Positions 57,840 through 64,000 of a stretch of 64,000 nucleotides of DNA are shown one piece after another. Numbering within the stretch: the stretch's first letter is position 1; every line of letters starts with the position of its first letter. Origin of the DNA: Podarcis erhardii (taxonomy: Eukaryota); assembly GCA_964252035.1 (NCBI GenBank), contig OZ176202.1; one strand, 5' to 3'. The position numbers and the translations under genes were made by a program. Below the pieces are notes generated by a model. It saw nothing but the letters and a program-made list of their open reading frames with translations, did not search any database and was not told the origin of the DNA.

Positions 57840-58294
57840 TGTCAGGGAACTGCCATCAGTGCCGGAGGGAGAGAGCAAAAGCCAGAGGGATTCCAGAGAG
57901 CGTCCAGGGATTGGGAGAAGCAGCCCGTCTTCTGGGGAAGAGAATCAGCGTAGCACCAGTGGAGAAGGGGGGCAGATGAGGGAAGTGGCAAGGCGGTCCC
58001 ATGACTCCTTGCCTGGGACCAGCGGGGAGAGTAGGGGTCCTCCATTGCCTACGCCCTCCTTGCGCAGAAGGCTTTCGCGCAGAGAGAGTAGGAGGAGACT
58101 AGGCATCAAAGAGCTTCTTTGCTGGAAGAAGTTTAAGAAACGCCCACTGACGGATTCTGCCAGCGATTGAGTCAGCCACGGGTGAGTGGCTGTCCGGACA
58201 GAAAAGGTTCACTTTGGCAACCCAGCCAGGTGTTTGCACCCAGCCGGGGAGATAGGCACCAGCTTACGCACGAGCAACCCCTAGAACCATTACA
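57840..58294. mobile_element. Solo LTR-like insertion, 455 bp
   Basis: TGT...ACA termini, perfect 5-bp TSD gtgtc (57835-57839, 58295-58299), GC/CpG-rich relative to its flanks. Confidence 0.85.
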
Positions 58295-60822
58295 GTGTCC
58301 CTCTTTTTTTGCCCTAATAGGGTGAAACACTGCCAACACTGACTACAGGGCTAAACTTGTTTAAATTCATATTTATCATCTATGTTTTGCATCTCTGAAT
58401 CATTTATCAATTCAGGTTCGGGGGGGGGGTGAAATTGTCAAGAGATTCTTTGAACCATCTTACTACGTAGTCAGCTGAAAGTAGTGTCAAGTTCTGGATG
58501 ATATTCTCCAGGGAAGAATAAAAGGAAATGTACTCCTAAGGTTTCAACCAGCTGTTGACTTTATATGACAGCCTTTGAAAAGGTCCTGTTTGAATCAGAT
58601 CAGACTTGTATATGTGGCTATCAAAGCTACAGCTTTCTGTTTGTGGAATTTAAGAACTTAATAGATTCTCACATTGCCTGAGACTTTTTGAAATGAGGGG
58701 TGGGATGAGTTGTGCTGCAGACACCAAGTAAATCAGTGTGAGTTATAATAAAAAGAAACCAAAATGCACAGGAATAAAGCTATTTGAAAGCATATTGGAA
58801 GAATGTTCTGTTTTATAGGGCAGGAGTCATGTAGGCCATGTAATTAAATGAAATAGTCCAAATATAGAAGATACAGTGGGATTAAAATGGCATTCTGTTA
58901 CAGACTTGATCAAATGCCTTCCAAAAGAAATGTTTAGCTAGGTAAGAGAGGTTGCCATTAAAAAGACCCACCTTGGTATCCTTACAAGACCAAGTCATCT
59001 GAAACAGAGTCCTGGAGGAAGAAGACTCCCATTGGACAAGGCATTCTTTTGACTAAATGACACACTTGCATTTTTCAAGAGCATCTTGTTACTCTTTAAT
59101 TCCAGGACTCCTTCCATTACTGTCTGATAGGGGAAGAGTGGATGGATAAATAGATTGTGGTGATTTGTTAATTCCAAGCATTGGTTCCATTCACCGTCTT
59201 CTGACAGAGTTGAGGATTCTGGACATCTGTTTTGCTCATAGGTGCGTCTTCATATGATTATCTCTAGAATGGCAATCAAACCTTAGGACTGATTTGTTTT
59301 GCTCCCCCCCCCCCTTAAATATATCTCAAAGCTGCAGTTAGATCAGCCACGGACAGTAAAAAACAGACAAGCAGAGAACAAGAACAAAACCCTGCTGTGG
59401 GCTGACCACAATTATGATCTCACTATGCTGGCAATCTTTATACCAATATGGTATTATGTAATGTAACAATCCTATGCACTCCCAGCAGCAAAGTAAAAAG
59501 CAAAACAGTGCTTGTAGAGGCAAGAGATAACATAGTACACAGCCACTCCCACAAGTATTCTTGGCAACTCCGCCAACACCTGCCAACATGATGTTATGCC
59601 CCCATAATATTCATGCAAGGTGTCAATCATCAGTGGTGATGGTGGCAACATCACGATGCTGTCAAAAGTCCCAGCCCATGATGTAGCTCCATGCCATGTA
59701 TCTTCCTATGGGATCTGTGTAACTTTGCTGTGGGGCTGATGTATATGCTGTTGAGCTGGTTGGAATTCTGTTGTCCAAGGTGGTTGTGTTACGGTGGCCA
59801 TGTGTCCTACAGAGGACCACTCTCTCTTAAAGAGTAATCCACCCAAGTGTGGTTTCAAGTTAAGGAACTATAAGAAGAGAGAGCAGGGTTAAAGTTGCAA
59901 CTAGGCAGCAGATTAAGGAGATACACAGATCCCCCCTGGCTAGCTTCTTCCCCACTATGGTGACATTTATTATCTTTCTAGTGATTCTTTCGAAGTGTTC
60001 ATCTACGTGCATATATATGCAAGCATATGCACCATTTATGCAAAGATATGTCCTCTCTTTTTTGGTGTGGTGTTTTCTTTTTTGGCAATGCAGAACTGGC
60101 AACCCAAAGTGGTGGAGGCAGAAAAGGAGGCACTGATGGGCAGACCAGTGGTTTTAATTAGCTTTTTCTCTTTTTCTGGTGTAATGCTATCTCCTTGTTG
60201 ATAGAGGGACATATCCCCTATCCCCCCAAAAAAGTATAATTTTTCGGACTTTGAGCAGTAATTCAGTGAAACTTAATTGGAGTTCAGGCGATATTATTTG
60301 ATTGTCACTTCTGTGGATGTTTAGTTCCGTTTGGTTAGTTCCACTAGCTAGTCTGCTGATTAGTATATCCCTAATTACAAGAAACATCTAACTTTGCAAT
60401 TAGTTCATGATCCCAAATTGTTCGTCATGTGGTGCCCCAATTATGGAATTGTTTCCACAGAGAGGTCCATCTCATGCCTGTTTTGTTCCATTTTTGGTGC
60501 AATGCAGACCTTTTTTATTTTCCCAGCCTTTCCTGGCTTAATTTAGTTCTGTTGATAGTTTTTTTTTTAAAAGGTCTTCCTGCCTTTTGTTTATGCTTTT
60601 ATGATTGCTTGGTGGGCTATTTGTTTTATTTAAATAAAAAGTGTGTATCTTGATAGCTGCACTTTCTGTTTCTACACACATTCTTTTCTGAAAACAACAG
60701 ATAACACAGGGGTGGGGGTGGGCTTCTGGTTTCTATATATATTTGGCTGGCCACTGTGAGAACAGAATGCTGGACTGGATGGATCTTTGGCCTGATCCAG
60801 CAGGACTCATCCTATATTCTTA

Positions 60823-61063
60823 CAGTCAAACCTCAGTTTCCAAATGTCTTGGCTGCCGAAGACTTCGGAAGCCGAATGCCAAAAACACGGAAGTGAATGC
60901 TTCCATTTTTGAATGCGCCTCGGAAGTCAAATGGCTTCCAATGTGCATTTTTCATTTCTTTCCATTGAACTTGCTGACAACCCTTTGATTCTCAGTTTTC
61001 GAGCGTTTTGGAAGTCAAATGGACCTCTAGAACAGATTTCGTTTGAAAACAGAGGTTCCACTG
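60823..61063. mobile_element. Tigger-like MITE, older family
   Basis: ta-cagtcaaacctc ... gaggttccactg-ta. Confidence 0.75.
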
Positions 61064-61357
61064 TATGAAATTGATGATTTTATGTCATTTCAATGTTCAC
61101 AGAGCTTTCTGTTCACTATGAATGATTTCTGTGCTCACTCCAAAGGATAATGATAAAGTCAATAAAATAATATGGGCAAAATTAATCAATTTTAAAAGTT
61201 GCAGTTTATCTGGGTGTAAGTCCCATTGAACTCTGTGGAATTTACTTCAGAGTAGACATGCTTCAGATTGCACTTCAAGTTCTTTTGCTTTCTGTTGTAC
61301 AGTTAAGCACCTGCTTAAATCCCTTCCATTGAAATAAATGGACTTCACATTGCTTAA

Positions 61358-61616
61358 TGTGCCAGTGTAGTGTAGTGGTTAAGAGCGGTAGTCTCGTAAT
61401 CTGGTGAACCGGGTTTGTGTCCCCGCTCCTCCACATGCAGCTGCTGGGTGACCTTGGGCTAGTCACACTTCTCTGAAGTCTCTCAGCCCCACTCACCTCA
61501 CAGAGTGTTTGTTGTGGGGGAGGAAGGGAAAGGAGGTTGTTAGCTGCTTTGAGACTCCTTTGGGTAGTGATAAAGCGGGATATCAAATCCAAACGCTGCT
61601 TCTTCTTCTTCTTCTT
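61358..61616 (+). mobile_element. tRNA/core SINE with L2-type 3' stem-loop and (CTT)n tail
   Basis: A-box tgtagtggttaagagc, B-box-like gggtttgtgtcccc, MIR-like core ctgggtgaccttgggctagtcac, tail gcgggatatcaaatcc. Confidence 0.85.
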
Positions 61617-61874
61617 AATATTGGTTGGTTTCTTCCATATATGCCAGCATTTATGGTTGCTTGCTTCTAGAGTGAGTTGGTTTGCTGGCCTAAAATGGAA
61701 TTCTAGTGGGAAATGAAAGTGTGGGTGAAACAATGGAAATTAGGAGCATCTGATACTCCTAGAGAGAAGTGCAGGTTCATGACTATGAAGAGAGGCCATA
61801 CATTTGTAAGTACATATAGTTGGTAGTGTTGCAATATTCATTTACTAGGAATGTCTCTGGTATAAGGTTGCTAA

Positions 61875-62126
<252 letters not shown>

Positions 62127-62266
62127 TAGAGACTGATTCTGTTTCAAAACAGATGTTTGCTTTGTTTACTAAGGGTACTTCCAGATGGCAGCTTAATATT
62201 GCAAATGGTTCATAGGAAACAGGCTTTTCCTCTACGTTGGATTTTACACAGAAAGTGTACATCTGA

Positions 62267-62305
<39 letters not shown>
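62267..62305. repeat. (ATT)13 microsatellite
   Basis: Read directly from the sequence. Confidence 0.95.
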
Positions 62306-63424
62306 TTGTGGGGAGGTTGGCATTTTGATGCTGACAAAGTTGTATGGATACTACAAACAACAACAGAACCCTGCATGCAGGAGAAGCATTAATTCCACAA
62401 TAAACCCCTATCTGGAAGGACCCTAATTTTAAAGCTTTATAGGACAGCATGTAACTGGGGTGGTCAAAGACAGTGGTCCTGTAGATGGGTGCCTTGGGGC
62501 ATATTTTCAAAATCTGCAAGGATCGTTTTGCCAGATACCTTTCAAATTTTAAGCATAAATAAAGAGTGGATGTTGCCTTTTAGAGAAGTAAAAGGTTTTT
62601 CAATATGGTGTTGGACAGACACCAAGTGTTTTTAGATTTCACAGGCCTTTCCTTCCTCCAGGAAGCTCAGAGCTAAGCTGTGCTGAATGTTCACACCTGC
62701 AAACATTCCATGTGAAATTAGTGCTTTGAGGGAGCTAAATTCCCACCCCTGAACCTCACTAATCTTTTTCACTGCTGTTCTTTTTGGTTCCACTTTTCTT
62801 AGAGCTGGAAACTCACCACCACCCACCATCACATCATTCATGCCATTCAGAGGTGTGAAACCCATGGGAAGAATGCTTGCATTTATAATGCTCAGGGCAT
62901 TTCTGAGCAGAACCAAAATGCTTTATGGCATGGAAATCACTCTATTTTTGTACTCCTAGTGGATGGTTCTTTGCCATTCATTGAACTAATATATTGTGAT
63001 CAGCCTTAACATTAAAAAACAAACGTTGAAAGAAGCCTTTATTTTCATATTTTTGGCAAAATTTGACTCTCATAAAATCTGTGCAGCATGAATGTTGTGC
63101 TCAAAAAACCTTTTACTAGCTGGGGTGAAAGTGATTTTATTATTGAAAGTCACATTATGTACAAGTTATACAGAGCGGGTATATTCATTTGATGAAGTAA
63201 TCATATTCTCTCTTCCTGTAGCTTTCCTCCAGCTAGTAGATAGCATAGATGAAATCCAATTGTTGTATCCAACTAGGTTGTATTCAGAGCTTGACTTAAG
63301 TTCATTGAGTTTTTGAGTGGATCTGCTCTGGGTATGGCTCTTGTTGGATTTCACTCAAGGTCACTGTGGATTTTTTTTTATCCATTTACATCCCACCTGA
63401 GATATTTGTACCTCTTTTATTGAT

Positions 63425-63625
63425 TGAATGCATTTATATTCCACCTTTCCTTCAAGGAGTTCAAGGTGGTGTACAAGATTTTCCCTCCCCAAGTTTATTA
63501 TCACAACAATCCTGTGAAGCAGTAATTGGCCCAAGATCACTCATTAAGCTTCATGGCTGACTGAGGATTTGAAGCTGGGTTTCCTCAGTCCTGGTAGCAA
63601 CACTCCAGCTACTAGACAACAGTGG
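63425..63625 (-). mobile_element. Decayed MIR-like SINE
   Basis: tcacaacaatcctgtgaag...ggcccaagatcactc...ggatttgaagctggg is the reverse complement of a core-SINE body. Confidence 0.55.
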
Positions 63626-64000
63626 TTGTTGTACACCAGAAAGAACTTGCAAATGTGGACTTGGAAACATAGTTCTGCAGCCTCCTGGATTGCAAATATT
63701 CTCAACTTTCAAAAGACTGTCCTTTATCCTGTTTTTTTCCAGTGAACTGTGAAAGTCAATAACTATATTGTTTTTATATCCTATGTAGTAAATACATAAT
63801 TGCCCAATTAATTTTCCATCTGCCAAATGTTGCATAACATAAAGAAACTCTTAAAAATGTTGTGGAGGATTTAAAATGCTGACTTCATGTTCTACAGATG
63901 TTGATCGTTAACATATTGTAAAAGACCTTATCATTAGTTGAAGAATGACCTCCAGTGGCCTTGAATGGGATTATTATGAATTTCAGCCTGTGGAGACCAG

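Overview
Vertebrate genomic DNA from a squamate reptile, probably a lacertid lizard. That taxon call is an inference from the repeat content (Sauria SINEs, BovB, L2, CR1, Penelope, squamate-type MITEs). The window holds two head-to-head genes. RRAGD (Rag GTPase D) is complete on the minus strand: 7 coding exons, all GT-AG, 1251 nt of CDS, 416 aa, start 14627, stop 2434. ANKRD6 (diversin) is on the plus strand: its first two coding exons are at 52102-52221 and 61938-62036, its non-coding first exon probably lies in the CpG-rich region near 16.8-17.25 kb, and the gene continues past the window. The rest is intronic DNA dense in transposons, many with target-site duplications (TSDs) visible in the sequence and several nested inside each other. 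Almost all other ORF-track entries are noise, antisense shadows or repeat-derived. I found no convincing wholly new biological system. The best leads are: (1) a young L2 LINE with a nearly intact RT ORF sitting inside a hAT MITE, which supplies an in-frame ATG and flanking TIRs; (2) a possible intronic-polyadenylation RagD isoform ending in a 20-residue hydrophobic tail; (3) L2/SINE 3' stem-loops closed by UUCG or GNRA tetraloops; (4) an internally deleted BovB copy; (5) ANKRD6 uORFs and an in-frame tandem splice acceptor.
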